Source: Promethearchaeia archaeon (lineage in GTDB: Archaea; Asgardarchaeota; Lokiarchaeia; Sigyniarchaeales; SOKP01). From it: DNA of 64,000 bases. Positions 38,660 to 49,660 of the stretch are shown one piece after another; within the stretch, counting starts at the first letter, position 1, and each line of letters begins with the position of its first letter. The stretch covers positions 1-64,000 of the forward strand of contig JAHQWG010000046.1 of the NCBI GenBank assembly GCA_029856045.1, read 5' to 3'. A program made the translations under genes and the position numbers. Below the pieces are notes generated by a model, which searched no databases, had not been told where the DNA came from, and saw nothing but the letters and a program-made list of their open reading frames with translations.

Positions 38660-40705
38660 TTATACTAGGTATTCTATTTCGGTTTGAACACGAATATCTC
38701 TAGATGAGCTTCCAACAAGAATTTTAAATATTCCCCCCTCTGCTTTCCACGAGTTGTTTATCTCGTCAAAAAAAGAAAGATCTTTCTTTTCTAGTACAAA
38801 TATAACTGTCTGTTTTTCACCTGCCTCCAGTTGAATTTTCTTAAACCCTTTTAATTCTTTTAACGGTCTTTCTACACTACACTCAACATCTTGAACATAT
38901 AATTGAACAACTTCTGCTCCAGCGCGATCACCCGAGTTAGTAATATCGACTAATACCGTAAATTTTTCATCTCCTGATACTGTTTCTTTGCTGATCTTAA
39001 GATTCTCATAGCTAAAAGTTGTATATGATAAACCATGACCAAAAGGAAAGAGGGGATCAATCTTTTTTGTGTCAAAATGTCGGTATCCAACAAAAATACC
39101 TTCATCATAATAAACTTTTTCATTGCCAGGATAAGTTCTTTTTGAAACATGTGCTGGTGAATCTGAAAGTTTTTTTGGGAATGTTATTGGAAGTTTTCCT
39201 GATGGATTAATGTCTCCAAATATGATATCTGCGATAGCATTTCCTGCTTCTTGTCCTGCATACCAAGCTTCAACAACGGCAGGTACATTTTCTATCCAGC
39301 CATCCATAGCGATAGGGCTACCATTGATTAGAAAAACTATTGTTTTGGGATTTTCTTGAGCAGTCTTGTTAATAAGTTCAATTTGCTCAGGAGAGAGTTC
39401 AAGCTTAATTTTGTCCTTACCTTCTCTATCTCCATATTTTTTATGATTGAGTCCCGCAAAAACAATGGCTACATCTGCCTCTGATGGTAGATCTATAATT
39501 TCCACTTTATTACTACATTTTTCCTTCAGTCCTTGAAACGGTGTGATTTCATAAAATGTTCGAATCATTGAACTACCGCCTCCAAAAGCCATTTTCTTAT
39601 CTGCATTAGGTCCTAGAACAGCCAATTTTTTGATTTTCTCGATATCTAAGGGCAATAGATTTTCTTTGTTCTTTAGAAGCACTATTCCTTCTTCAGATAT
39701 TTTTCGGGCTACAATCTGATGTTCAGGGGTATTTCTACTGCCCGGTGGGATTAAACTCTCATCATCAAGAAGACCGGTAAGAAACATTACTCTTAATAAT
39801 CTTTTCACATTCTCATCAAGTGAATCTTCCATAAAATTTCCTGCTATAAGCGCCTCTCTTAATCTTTTTACCTTATATTTGATGGGGTATGGCATCTCGA
39901 GTGTCATCCCAGCGTTTATACAACTTTCGGTTTTTAAAATATGTCTAGTTGCAAGCCAGTCACTTACTACAAAACCTCTAAAACCCCATTCTTCCATCAG
40001 CCTTTCTTTTAATATGTTTTTATTTTCGCAGCCAAATATACCATTAACTTTGTTATAGCAAGCCATAATAGACCATACATCCGCTTCCCGAACAACAGCC
40101 TCAAATCCGGGAAGATATATCTCTTGAAGCGCCCTTTCACTTACTTCAGCACTGACTTTAAATCTATTTAATTCTTGATTATTACATACATAATGTTTCA
40201 CACATGCCGCAATTCTCTGACTTTGAATTCCTTTAACAACGGGAACGGCCGTTTTTATGTTTAAATGAGGATCTTCTGTTTGATATTCAAAAGTTCTTCC
40301 ATTGAGCGGAGTTCTATCAATATTTATACCTGGGGCAAGGAGCATATGATATCCGACATCTCTTACTTCTTGCGCTATAGCTACTCCGAATTGCTCAGAT
40401 AACTCTGGGTTCCAAGTGGCAGTCCTACAAATAGCAGTAGGGAAGTAAGTAGTTTTTTTTATAAAAAAAGTCCCTAAAGCTCCCACACCATGGGGTCCAT
40501 CAGTCATTTTGAATTTTGGGAGATTTAATCTTTTTATTCGTTTAGTAAAAAAAAGTCTTGTTCCAGAACATATCTTGAACTTTTCTTCTAAAGTTAATCG
40601 TCCTAAAAGATCTTCCACTCTTTTTTCCAGATCCAGGTTGCTATCCATAAATGGTAGTTTTGCAATATCTTCCTTAAATAAATCTTTATCCATATTTATT
40701 TTCAC
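38660..40705 (-). CDS. Glycoside hydrolase family 3 beta-glucosidase
   Basis: MTDGPHG, GRTFEY, CVKHY, FVVSDW, FPFGHGLSYT, C-terminal Fn3-like domain. Confidence 0.92.
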   Translation of the reverse strand: MKINMDKDLFKEDIAKLPFMDSNLDLEKRVEDLLGRLTLEEKFKICSGTRLFFTKRIKRLNLPKFKMTDGPHGVGALGTFFIKKTTYFPTAICRTATWNPELSEQFGVAIAQEVRDVGYHMLLAPGINIDRTPLNGRTFEYQTEDPHLNIKTAVPVVKGIQSQRIAACVKHYVCNNQELNRFKVSAEVSERALQEIYLPGFEAVVREADVWSIMACYNKVNGIFGCENKNILKERLMEEWGFRGFVVSDWLATRHILKTESCINAGMTLEMPYPIKYKVKRLREALIAGNFMEDSLDENVKRLLRVMFLTGLLDDESLIPPGSRNTPEHQIVARKISEEGIVLLKNKENLLPLDIEKIKKLAVLGPNADKKMAFGGGSSMIRTFYEITPFQGLKEKCSNKVEIIDLPSEADVAIVFAGLNHKKYGDREGKDKIKLELSPEQIELINKTAQENPKTIVFLINGSPIAMDGWIENVPAVVEAWYAGQEAGNAIADIIFGDINPSGKLPITFPKKLSDSPAHVSKRTYPGNEKVYYDEGIFVGYRHFDTKKIDPLFPFGHGLSYTTFSYENLKISKETVSGDEKFTVLVDITNSGDRAGAEVVQLYVQDVECSVERPLKELKGFKKIQLEAGEKQTVIFVLEKKDLSFFDEINNSWKAEGGIFKILVGSSSRDIRVQTEIEYLV

Positions 40706-40723
40706 CTAAATTTAAGATTTCAT

Positions 40724-42754
40724 TTAATCTTTATATTCAATTTCTCCTTTTTGATGAATATTTCTTGACGAACTTCCAATGAGAATGTTAAAAAATCCCT
40801 TCTCAACTGTCCAGCAGGAAGTTTTTTCATTAAAAAAGGAGAGATCGCTTTTTTCTATTTCAAATTCAATGGTCTTTTTTTCGCTAGAGTTCAATTGAAC
40901 CTTTTTAAAACCTTTTAGTTCTTTTAATGACCTTTCTACACTGCACTCAACATCTTGAACATATAATTGGACAACTTCTGCTCCGGTGCGATTACCAGAG
41001 TTTGTGATATCGACTGACACGGTGAATTTATCATCTCCGGATATCGTTTTCTTGTCGATTTTAAGATTATCATATGCAAAAGTAGTATAGGATAAACCAT
41101 AACCAAAAGGAAAGAGAGGTTCAATATTCTTCGTATCAAAATGGCGATATCCAACAAAAATACCTTCATCATAATAAACTTTTTCATTACCGGGATAAGT
41201 TCTTGTTGATACATGCGCTGGCGAATCTGATAATTTCTTAGGAAATGTTATTGGTAATTTTCCTGAGGGGTTTACATCTCCAAAAAGAATATTTGCAATA
41301 GCGTTTCCTGCTTCCTGTCCAGCATACCAGGCTTCAATAACTGCAGGTATATTTTCTATCCAACCAACCATATTAACAGGGCTGCCACTAATAAGAACAA
41401 CTATTGTTTTGGGATTTTCTTGCACAGTTTTTTTAATCAATTCAATTTGTTCTGAAGGAAGATCAAATGAATCCCTATCAAAATGTTCGCTATCCATCCC
41501 TTCTTCATGATTAAGTCCAGCAAAAACAATAACTAAATCCGCTTCTGATGGTGAATTAATTATATCAACCTTATCTCTACATTTATTTTTCAATCCCTGA
41601 AGAGGCGTAATTTCATAAGGGGGTCGAATCTGTGAGCTGCCACCACCCTCTGCCATTTCTTTATCTGCATTTGGTCCGATTACTGCAATTTTTTTGAGTG
41701 TGTTTATATTTAAAGGAAGCAGATTATCTTTATTTTTTAAAAGAACAATTCCCTCTTCAGCTATTTTACGAGATATAGTTTGATGTTCGGGAGTATTTCT
41801 ACTACCCGGTGGGATTAAACTCTCATCATCAAGAAGACTGGTAAGAAGCATCACACGTAGTAATCTTTTTATGTTCTCATTAAGTGTTTCTTCAGTATAT
41901 TTTCCTTCTAATAAAGCTTGATTTAATTTTTTTTTTTTATATTTTATTTGTACAGGCATCTCGAGAGTTAATCCGGCGTTTATACAGCTTTCAGTGCTCG
42001 TTATTTTAGCTGTTGCGATCCAATCTGAAACAACGAAACCTCTAAAACCCCATTCTTCCATTAACCTTTCTTTTATTAAATTTTTATTTTCACACCCGTA
42101 AATGCCATTAACCTTGTTATAACAACCCATAAAGGACCATGCATCAGCTTCGCGAACCGTCGCCTCAAAAGCAGGAAGATAGATCTCTTGAAGAGCTCTT
42201 TCACTTACTTCAGAACTGACTGTGAATCTATTTATTTCTTGATTATTGCATATATAATGCTTCACACACGCCGCAATTTTCTGACTCTGAACACCTCTTA
42301 CAACGGGAACTGCCATTTTTTTATTAAGATATGGATCTTCAGTTTGATATTCAAAATTTCTTCCACAGAGTGGAGTTCTATGAATATTTACGCCAGGTCC
42401 GAGAATCATATGGTATCCAATTTCTCTTACTTCTTGAGCTAAAGCCACTCCGAATTGTTCAGATAACTCCGGGTTCCAGGTTGCAGCCCTACAAATGGCT
42501 GTAGGGAAATAAGTGCATTCCGCATTATTTGAGCTATGAGGCCCAATACCATGAGGTCCATCTGTCATTTTGAAAGATTTTATTCCAAGTCTCTTTATTG
42601 GTCTAGTAAAAAAATTTTTGGTTCCTGAACAGAGAGAAAATTTTTCTTTCAGTGTCAATCTTCCTAAAAGATCTTCAACTCTTTTTTCTAGATCCAGATT
42701 ACTATCCATAAAAGGCAGTGTTTTCAGTTCATTATTAAGAATTTTCTCATTCAT
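40724..42754 (-). CDS. Glycoside hydrolase family 3 beta-glucosidase (tandem paralog)
   Basis: MTDGPHG, GRNFEY, CVKHY, FVVSDW, FPFGYGLSYT. Confidence 0.92.
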   Translation of the reverse strand: MNEKILNNELKTLPFMDSNLDLEKRVEDLLGRLTLKEKFSLCSGTKNFFTRPIKRLGIKSFKMTDGPHGIGPHSSNNAECTYFPTAICRAATWNPELSEQFGVALAQEVREIGYHMILGPGVNIHRTPLCGRNFEYQTEDPYLNKKMAVPVVRGVQSQKIAACVKHYICNNQEINRFTVSSEVSERALQEIYLPAFEATVREADAWSFMGCYNKVNGIYGCENKNLIKERLMEEWGFRGFVVSDWIATAKITSTESCINAGLTLEMPVQIKYKKKKLNQALLEGKYTEETLNENIKRLLRVMLLTSLLDDESLIPPGSRNTPEHQTISRKIAEEGIVLLKNKDNLLPLNINTLKKIAVIGPNADKEMAEGGGSSQIRPPYEITPLQGLKNKCRDKVDIINSPSEADLVIVFAGLNHEEGMDSEHFDRDSFDLPSEQIELIKKTVQENPKTIVVLISGSPVNMVGWIENIPAVIEAWYAGQEAGNAIANILFGDVNPSGKLPITFPKKLSDSPAHVSTRTYPGNEKVYYDEGIFVGYRHFDTKNIEPLFPFGYGLSYTTFAYDNLKIDKKTISGDDKFTVSVDITNSGNRTGAEVVQLYVQDVECSVERSLKELKGFKKVQLNSSEKKTIEFEIEKSDLSFFNEKTSCWTVEKGFFNILIGSSSRNIHQKGEIEYKD

Positions 42755-42992
42755 ATAATTATACTCAAGTCTTTAAGCATATTAAATTAATAATATATTT
42801 AATTCAATAAACAAATAAAATATTCTTAAATTTCATCTTTATATTTGGTTAATCTGGTTTGTTATTATATTGGAAAAAAGGGATTTTAACAAAATCTCCG
42901 AGATTATAGAAATTTCTGAGAAATTTGCAAATTTTATTTGATATTAATTATTTTAGTTGTATAAGGAAATTATAATGACTCCGTTTTGAAAA

Positions 42993-44483
42993 ATGACTGT
43001 AAATAATGTTGAAGATCCATCAAAAGAACATTTTTTGTATTCAATTTTAAATCCGAAAAGCTTATGCTTTTTTGGTGCGAATAATAATTTACTTAAGACG
43101 ATGGGCTCATTTCAATTATGGAATATTATTACTGAAGGTTTTAAAGGAAATATATATCCAATTCATCTGAGAGAAGAGAGAGTTTTAGGATTAAAAGCAT
43201 ATAAATCAGTATTAGACTTACCAGAGATTCCAGATTTGGCAATGATTGTTATACCTACGAGTCATATTCCTAAAGTAATGGAAGAATGTGGTCAAAAGGG
43301 CATAAAGCAATTGATAATAACATCTGGAGGTTTTCGTGAAATTGGTCCCGAGGGGAAGAGGTTTTCTCAACAAATAGATGAAATTGCTGGAAAATATAAT
43401 ATGAGGTTTATTGGTCCTAATTGTTTAGGAGTCTATAATGGTTGGTATCAACCAGAAAATGATAAAAACAAACTTAATACATTTTGGATTTATAAATTAC
43501 CAGAAAGAGGGACAATTTCAATAGCCAGTCAATCCGGTACTGTAGCATCTCATTTATTCTGGTATGCTGAAGACATTGGGACTAAAATAGGTCAATCAAT
43601 TTCTTTAGGGAATTCAAATAATATTGATATCGTGGATTGCTTAGAATATTTCAAAAATGACCCTCATACAGATGTGATAGGGTTATATATTGAAGAGATA
43701 AAGCATGGTAAAGAGTTTATAAGTATAGCAAAAGAAATAACTCCAAAAAAGCCAATTGTTGCAATTTATGCGGGTGGGACTGAAGCAGCATTTAGAGCGA
43801 TTGGTAGTCATACGGGGTCAATTGCTGGTAATGATATTATTTATGAAACTGTGTTCAAAGAAACTGGAATTATATCAACAACTTCGGTAACAAATTTCTT
43901 GCACTATTTAAGAGTGTTATCTCATGGTATATTTCCAAAAGGGAATAGAATTGCTATTATTTCAGATTCTGGGGGTGCCAGTGCAATGATGGCAAAATCT
44001 ACAGAAAGATATGGATTACAAGTTCCTGAATTTTCGAATAAATTACAATCTGAAATAAGCAAGGTTTTAAGTGATATCTCATATCCAAATAATCCTGTAG
44101 ATTTAACATTTAATTTAAATCAATATAATCTATACATTAAAGTACCAAAATTACTGATGAAATCTGGAGAAATCGATGGGATTATGATTTACGGTGCATT
44201 TGGTATTGATGAATTTATTGAAGTTATGGAAAAAGCGGGATTTAACACGGATTTTTTTTCGGAATTGGGAACTTCTATGTCGGGAGTTTATTTAAAACCA
44301 ATTCGGAAATTATCGCGTAAATATTCTATTCCTATATTTTATGTGGGACCACAAGGTTATTCCGACCGTTGGATAAGAGAATTTATTGCTTTAGATATGC
44401 CAATATTTGATTTATGGGATCTTCCTGCAAAATGCATGAAAATTCTCTGTCAATATTCCCAATATCGTCAAAAAGTTGTTTGA
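42993..44483 (+). CDS. Acyl-CoA synthetase (NDP-forming) alpha subunit
   Basis: IGPNCLG, SQSG, SLGN, SHTGSIAG (phospho-His), NPVDLT. Confidence 0.88.
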   Translation: MTVNNVEDPSKEHFLYSILNPKSLCFFGANNNLLKTMGSFQLWNIITEGFKGNIYPIHLREERVLGLKAYKSVLDLPEIPDLAMIVIPTSHIPKVMEECGQKGIKQLIITSGGFREIGPEGKRFSQQIDEIAGKYNMRFIGPNCLGVYNGWYQPENDKNKLNTFWIYKLPERGTISIASQSGTVASHLFWYAEDIGTKIGQSISLGNSNNIDIVDCLEYFKNDPHTDVIGLYIEEIKHGKEFISIAKEITPKKPIVAIYAGGTEAAFRAIGSHTGSIAGNDIIYETVFKETGIISTTSVTNFLHYLRVLSHGIFPKGNRIAIISDSGGASAMMAKSTERYGLQVPEFSNKLQSEISKVLSDISYPNNPVDLTFNLNQYNLYIKVPKLLMKSGEIDGIMIYGAFGIDEFIEVMEKAGFNTDFFSELGTSMSGVYLKPIRKLSRKYSIPIFYVGPQGYSDRWIREFIALDMPIFDLWDLPAKCMKILCQYSQYRQKVV

Positions 44484-44590
44484 TTTGATTTTCAATTTGA
44501 TTAATTTGTTCAATAATTAATTAAATTTTTAAATATAAGTTGTGTAAAATTATTAATATTAATTTTAATTATTAACAAATTTGATAAACA

Positions 44591-46381
44591 ATGAGTGATG
44601 AAATTAAAGAATATTGGATGGAAAATTGGCCAAAAGAAGTGCCAAGACATATAGATTATGACGAGATTTCATTAGGAGAACTCCTAAGAAGAACATCTAC
44701 TAAATATCCCGATTCAAATGCAATATATTTTGAAGGTTTCCGAATGACATATAAAGAACTTGATGAGGCAGTTGATAAATTCGCAACTGGTTTATCTAAA
44801 TTAGGTATTAAGGAAGATGATGTGGTGCTTATCGATTTGCCAAATATGCCCCAATTTGTGATATGTTTTTACGCAGTTGCTCGTCTTGGTGCTATAGCAA
44901 ATCCCATAATTCCATTAAACCGTTTTACAGAGATTTTACATCAGGCAAATGATTCAAAAGGAAAAGTATTGATAATACTTGATATATTATTTGAAGAGCA
45001 TCTTGAAGGTAAAGATTTAAGCAAAATGGAAAATTTAGAACATATAATTATTACAGGAGTAGCAGAATATCTGCCAAAAATTAAGGCAAAATTAGGAACT
45101 CTGTTAGGAAAAGTGCCAAGAATGAAAAATTGGCCTGAGCAAGTTGAAGATATTAAATGTCATAAATTTCAGGACATTTTACAAAATGGTACTCCAATAA
45201 ATATACCCGCAATAAAAATAAATCCAAAGGAGGATATTGGTGTTTTAATTTATACTGGTGGAACTACTGGTTTACCCAAAGGTGTGATGTTATCTCATTA
45301 CAATCTAACAGTAAATGCTGAACAAGGAAATACTTGGGCGACAAAACAATTACCAGAATTAGAGGACACTCCTGGAATAGGTGGTATGGTTGTTATTTTA
45401 CCCCTAGCACATCTTTTTGCTTTATCAGTTGCAATGAATATTGGTATTTTTATGGGATACCAATTAATTCTTTTTATAACGCCACCAAAGGAAAAAATGT
45501 CAAAGATATTGGATATTATCAAAAAAGAAAAAGCTACATTTATCCCGGGAGTCCCAACTCTTTGGAACGCAATTAATTTAGACCCGAACTCTAGTAATTA
45601 TAAAAATAAGCTCACTTCATTTATTGCATGTTTGAGTGGGGCAGCGCCTTTACCTGCTGAAGTTAAACATAAATTTGAAGAATTAACAGGTTCCTTAATA
45701 ATTGAAGGATTCGGCATGAGTGAAACGAGTCCCATATTAACTGTCACCCCTTTTCCCCCATTATATCGCACGAATACAGTCGGCTTTCCTGTGAGTGATA
45801 CATTAATAAAGATTGTCGACGTTGAAACTGGCACTAAAATATTGCCTCAATGTCCTCATACAGAGCCATATTGTACAGAGAAGTGCGGAATTGAAGAATC
45901 AGAGAGATATATTGGTGAAATATGTGGTAATGGTCCACAAGTTATGTTGGGTTATTATAATCGAGAAGAAGCAACTAAAAATGCACTTCGAAAAGATTCG
46001 AAAGATAGAGTATGGTATTTCACGAGCGATATTGGTTGCATAGACGGAGAAGGACACCTACGTATTAAGGATCGAAAACGGGATATGATAAAATATAAAG
46101 GACATGCTGTTTTCCCAAGAGAAGTAGAGGATATACTTTACATGAATCCCGCTGTGAATGAAGTTGGAGTTGTTGGAGTTCCAGACCCTGATGTGGGTGA
46201 AAATATCAAGGCATTTATATCTTTAAAAGAAGAATATGTTGGCAAGGTTACAAAAGAAGATTTAATGGAATGGGCTAAGGAAAATATCTCAGCCTTTAAA
46301 TATCCAAGGATTATAGAAGTTGTAGAAGAATTGCCAAAATCGGTAGTAGGCAAAATTCTCAGAAGAGAATTAAGAGAATAA
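44591..46381 (+). CDS. Long-chain fatty acid-CoA ligase with a Cys/His-rich insertion
   Basis: YTGGTTGLPKG, EGFGMSE, TSDIG, GKILRR. Confidence 0.9.
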   Translation: MSDEIKEYWMENWPKEVPRHIDYDEISLGELLRRTSTKYPDSNAIYFEGFRMTYKELDEAVDKFATGLSKLGIKEDDVVLIDLPNMPQFVICFYAVARLGAIANPIIPLNRFTEILHQANDSKGKVLIILDILFEEHLEGKDLSKMENLEHIIITGVAEYLPKIKAKLGTLLGKVPRMKNWPEQVEDIKCHKFQDILQNGTPINIPAIKINPKEDIGVLIYTGGTTGLPKGVMLSHYNLTVNAEQGNTWATKQLPELEDTPGIGGMVVILPLAHLFALSVAMNIGIFMGYQLILFITPPKEKMSKILDIIKKEKATFIPGVPTLWNAINLDPNSSNYKNKLTSFIACLSGAAPLPAEVKHKFEELTGSLIIEGFGMSETSPILTVTPFPPLYRTNTVGFPVSDTLIKIVDVETGTKILPQCPHTEPYCTEKCGIEESERYIGEICGNGPQVMLGYYNREEATKNALRKDSKDRVWYFTSDIGCIDGEGHLRIKDRKRDMIKYKGHAVFPREVEDILYMNPAVNEVGVVGVPDPDVGENIKAFISLKEEYVGKVTKEDLMEWAKENISAFKYPRIIEVVEELPKSVVGKILRRELRE

Positions 46382-46704
46382 CAACTTTATTTTTTCCTTT
46401 TTTTTATTTTTAACGCTTTTGTAAAAGTCATAATTCTCTTTTACAATATTCACATATTTTATTTAATATAAGTAGTTTATTTATTCTTAACATAAATATT
46501 TCTAAAATAAGATTCTTTTACGGTCTTTACAATAATTATAATTGAGTTAAGATAACATATAATGTTTGGATAAAATTTATTAAAGAAAAAATCGAATTAT
46601 TAAAGCTTTTAAATAACAATTAAACTTAAATTTTCTATAATACACATCAGTCTTGGAATTTTAACTATACATATTAATTTTAAATAAAGAGTTATTTTTT
46701 TTTA

Positions 46705-46730
46705 TTAGATATAACTAAAAGTTTTAAATA
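46705..46730 (+). promoter_or_regulatory. DtxR-family operator-like palindrome overlapping BRE, next to the TATA box of feoAB-dtxR
   Basis: TTAG-ATATAA-CTAA at 46705-46718 followed by AAG-T-TTTAAATA (46723-46730), ~32 nt before the feoA start. Confidence 0.6.
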
Positions 46731-46761
46731 CTAGAAAAATTAAATATTAAATGGAGATACA

Positions 46762-47001
46762 TTGAATAAGATGATTACTTTAGATATTTTACAAAATAAT
46801 AAAGAAATTATTGTTCGCATGGTTCATGCTGGTTGGCGTGCAAAGACAAGATTAGCGAATCTTGGAATAGTCCCTGGTACTAAAGTGAAAAAATTAAGAT
46901 CCGCGCCGTTATTTGGTCCCGTTCAAATTAAAGTGAAAGGATCTGATTTAGTTATTGGAAGAGGATTAGCTAGAAAAATTTTAGGAGAACTGGTTTCATA
47001 A
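46762..47001 (+). CDS. feoA: Ferrous iron transport protein A
   Basis: RLANLGIVPGTKV...APLFGPVQIKVKGSDLVIGR. Confidence 0.92.
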   Translation: MNKMITLDILQNNKEIIVRMVHAGWRAKTRLANLGIVPGTKVKKLRSAPLFGPVQIKVKGSDLVIGRGLARKILGELVS

Positions 47002-47138
47002 TTTAATGAGTATTAGATTAATAAAATAATCCATTTTTCCGTATCATATTTATAATATTAAATTCAAATTGATCTCCACTATATGAGTAATTTTAAAATA
47101 ATTTAAGTTAATTTTAGAAAAAAATAACATGATAAGAT

Positions 47139-49118
47139 TTGACAGAAAGAAAAATAATAAATATTGCATTAGCTGGAAATGCAAATGTAGGAAAATCGGT
47201 AATTTTTAATCAACTTACTGGAATGAAGCAGTGTATTGGAAATTGGCCAGGAAAGACTGTAGAGAAATGTGAAGGAAATCTAACTTTTTTAAATTATAAT
47301 TTTAATATAGTTGATCTTCCTGGAATTTACTCATTATCTACTTATTCAATCGAAGAGATTATTTCGAGGGAATTTTTAATTGGTGAAAATGTTGATTTAA
47401 TTATAAATGTAATAGATGGTACAAATCTAGAGAGAAATTTGTTTTTTACAGCCCAGCTGATTGGTTTAAAATTACCTATGATTATTGCGGTTAATCAAAT
47501 GGATTTAGTTAGAAAAAGAGACATAATGATAGACTTCAAAAAGCTAGAAGAATTATTCAAAGTACCAGTTATGCCTGTTATTGCGGTTCATGGTCGAGGG
47601 ATCCATGAATTATTAGAGAAAGCCATTATAATGTATGAAAATAGACTTCTAATACCTAATGAAGATATTTTTAAATTTGGCAAAGAAGTAGAAGATAAAG
47701 TTGAACAATTAATAAAAGAAATTGAAAATAACCAAAAGGAGTTAAGAAGTATAAAATATCCAACTAGGTTCTTGGCTGTTAAGATTTTAGAGGGAGATGA
47801 AGATTTAGTTAATAAAGTTAAGAAATTCAAACCAGAGATTATTCATCTTTCAAAGCAAGGTAGAAGCGAGCTTGAAGATTTACACGGAGAAGATATTACT
47901 ACGATTATTTCAGCAGAAATATACAATAAAATTCATGATATCATGCACCAATCGGTGATTAAAAGTCAAATACCGAAAAAAGTAACTTGGGCAGATAAAT
48001 TGGATCATATTACAACGCATTCGATATTTGGATATGCTATATTATTCCTTATTTTAATTTGTTCAATTTGGATAGTATTTACTATAGCTGAAATTTTAGG
48101 AGGATTAATTGACGGAATTTATGATTTTCTAACACCAATAGTATATGATTTATTTGGTGACACTATATGGACAAACATCTTCTGGGACGGAGGAATAGCA
48201 AGTTTATTTGGAGGGATAAGTGGAGTACTAATTATAGTTATACCTTTTTTCTTAATTATTGAGATTCTCCAAGACTCAGGTTATTTACCAAGAGCCGCTT
48301 TTATGATGGATAAAATGATGCATCAGCTAGGTGTGCACGGGAAAGCAATAATTCCATTAATTCTCGGTTTTGGATGTAATGTTCCGGCTTGCACCGGTTG
48401 TAGAATAATGGAAACTGAGAGAGAGAAAAGAATTACTGCATTTTTAACAACAATGATTCCTTGTGCAGCAGTTATGACCGTAGTCTTAGGATTGGTTGGC
48501 AGATATCTTGGATTTCAATATGTTGCAATTTTGTATGGAATAAATTTTGCAGTTATAATTTTATTTGGAAAAATTGCATCAAAAAAATTACCTGGAGAAA
48601 GTACTGAATTAATTATGGAGATGCATGAATTTAGAACGCCAAATGTAAAAGTTATTTTATTGCAAACATGGGTTAGAACTAAGGATTTTGTTTATACAGC
48701 GATGCCTTTAATAATTGTGCTTGGAATAATTATGGAGATCATGATAATGTTTAATTTATTAGTAACAATTAATGTAATTCTTTGGCCAATAACTGTATTA
48801 TGGTTAGGATTGCCAATAGAAACTGGTATTTTTTTAATTTATGGAATAGCAAGAAAAGAATTAACCCTTGTATTACTCGAAACTTTTGCACTTGAGATTT
48901 CAGGAATTCCATTAATTGAATTTATGACACAAATTCAAATGTTTGTATTTTCTCTAGTAACTATGTTATATATTCCATGTATTGCAACAATAATAGTATT
49001 AAAAAAAGAAACAGGTTGGAAATTTGCACTTAAAGTTGCACTCGCAGAAATCGGATTTGCAATTTTATTAGGAGGTATTGTTAATTGGGGGTACATTTTT
49101 ATAACCGGAGGAGGTTAA
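47139..49118 (+). CDS. feoB: Ferrous iron transport protein B
   Basis: GNANVGKS, GNWPGKTVE, DLPGIYS, GFGCNVPA, LYIPC. Confidence 0.95.
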   Translation: MTERKIINIALAGNANVGKSVIFNQLTGMKQCIGNWPGKTVEKCEGNLTFLNYNFNIVDLPGIYSLSTYSIEEIISREFLIGENVDLIINVIDGTNLERNLFFTAQLIGLKLPMIIAVNQMDLVRKRDIMIDFKKLEELFKVPVMPVIAVHGRGIHELLEKAIIMYENRLLIPNEDIFKFGKEVEDKVEQLIKEIENNQKELRSIKYPTRFLAVKILEGDEDLVNKVKKFKPEIIHLSKQGRSELEDLHGEDITTIISAEIYNKIHDIMHQSVIKSQIPKKVTWADKLDHITTHSIFGYAILFLILICSIWIVFTIAEILGGLIDGIYDFLTPIVYDLFGDTIWTNIFWDGGIASLFGGISGVLIIVIPFFLIIEILQDSGYLPRAAFMMDKMMHQLGVHGKAIIPLILGFGCNVPACTGCRIMETEREKRITAFLTTMIPCAAVMTVVLGLVGRYLGFQYVAILYGINFAVIILFGKIASKKLPGESTELIMEMHEFRTPNVKVILLQTWVRTKDFVYTAMPLIIVLGIIMEIMIMFNLLVTINVILWPITVLWLGLPIETGIFLIYGIARKELTLVLLETFALEISGIPLIEFMTQIQMFVFSLVTMLYIPCIATIIVLKKETGWKFALKVALAEIGFAILLGGIVNWGYIFITGGG

Positions 49119-49122
49119 TAAA

Positions 49123-49575
49123 TTGGAAAAAGTTGATAATCGGTTAAAAAAAATACCGGAGAGTCAGCAAAGATATCTCGACGGAATTTATCTAATTTCA
49201 AAGACCAAGAAGGCAGGTTGGGTTTCAAACAAAGAGATTAAAGAATTTTTAAAGGTGCAACCATCATCCGTAACAAATATGCTGCGTCAGTTAAAAGAAG
49301 GTGGGTATATATCATGGACACCAAGAAAAGGGATCAGACTTACTAAAGAGGGTAAAAAAGTCGCAATGAGATTAGAACAGATCGATTCTCTTTTAAGGGA
49401 TTTCTTTTCAACGATTTTAAAAATAAAAGATGAGGAATTAGTAAATTCTTTATCCTGCGATATTGAACACCATATCTTTGAGCAGGAGGAAATGGTTTAT
49501 CAAAACTTAAAAAAATTTATAGAAAATAAAGAAAAAATCCTTAAATTTTTGGAAGAATTAGATGACTCAGAGTAA
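49123..49575 (+). CDS. DtxR/MntR family metal-dependent regulator
   Basis: YLDGIY, VQPSSVTNML, IRLTKEG, CDIEHH; directly after feoB. Confidence 0.88.
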   Translation: MEKVDNRLKKIPESQQRYLDGIYLISKTKKAGWVSNKEIKEFLKVQPSSVTNMLRQLKEGGYISWTPRKGIRLTKEGKKVAMRLEQIDSLLRDFFSTILKIKDEELVNSLSCDIEHHIFEQEEMVYQNLKKFIENKEKILKFLEELDDSE

Positions 49576-49660
49576 TTCCTCCAATTTAGGATTCTATTAA
49601 ATTAAGATTTAAATACTAAATTACAATTTAAATATTTATGAAATTAAAAGGAAGATCTGT

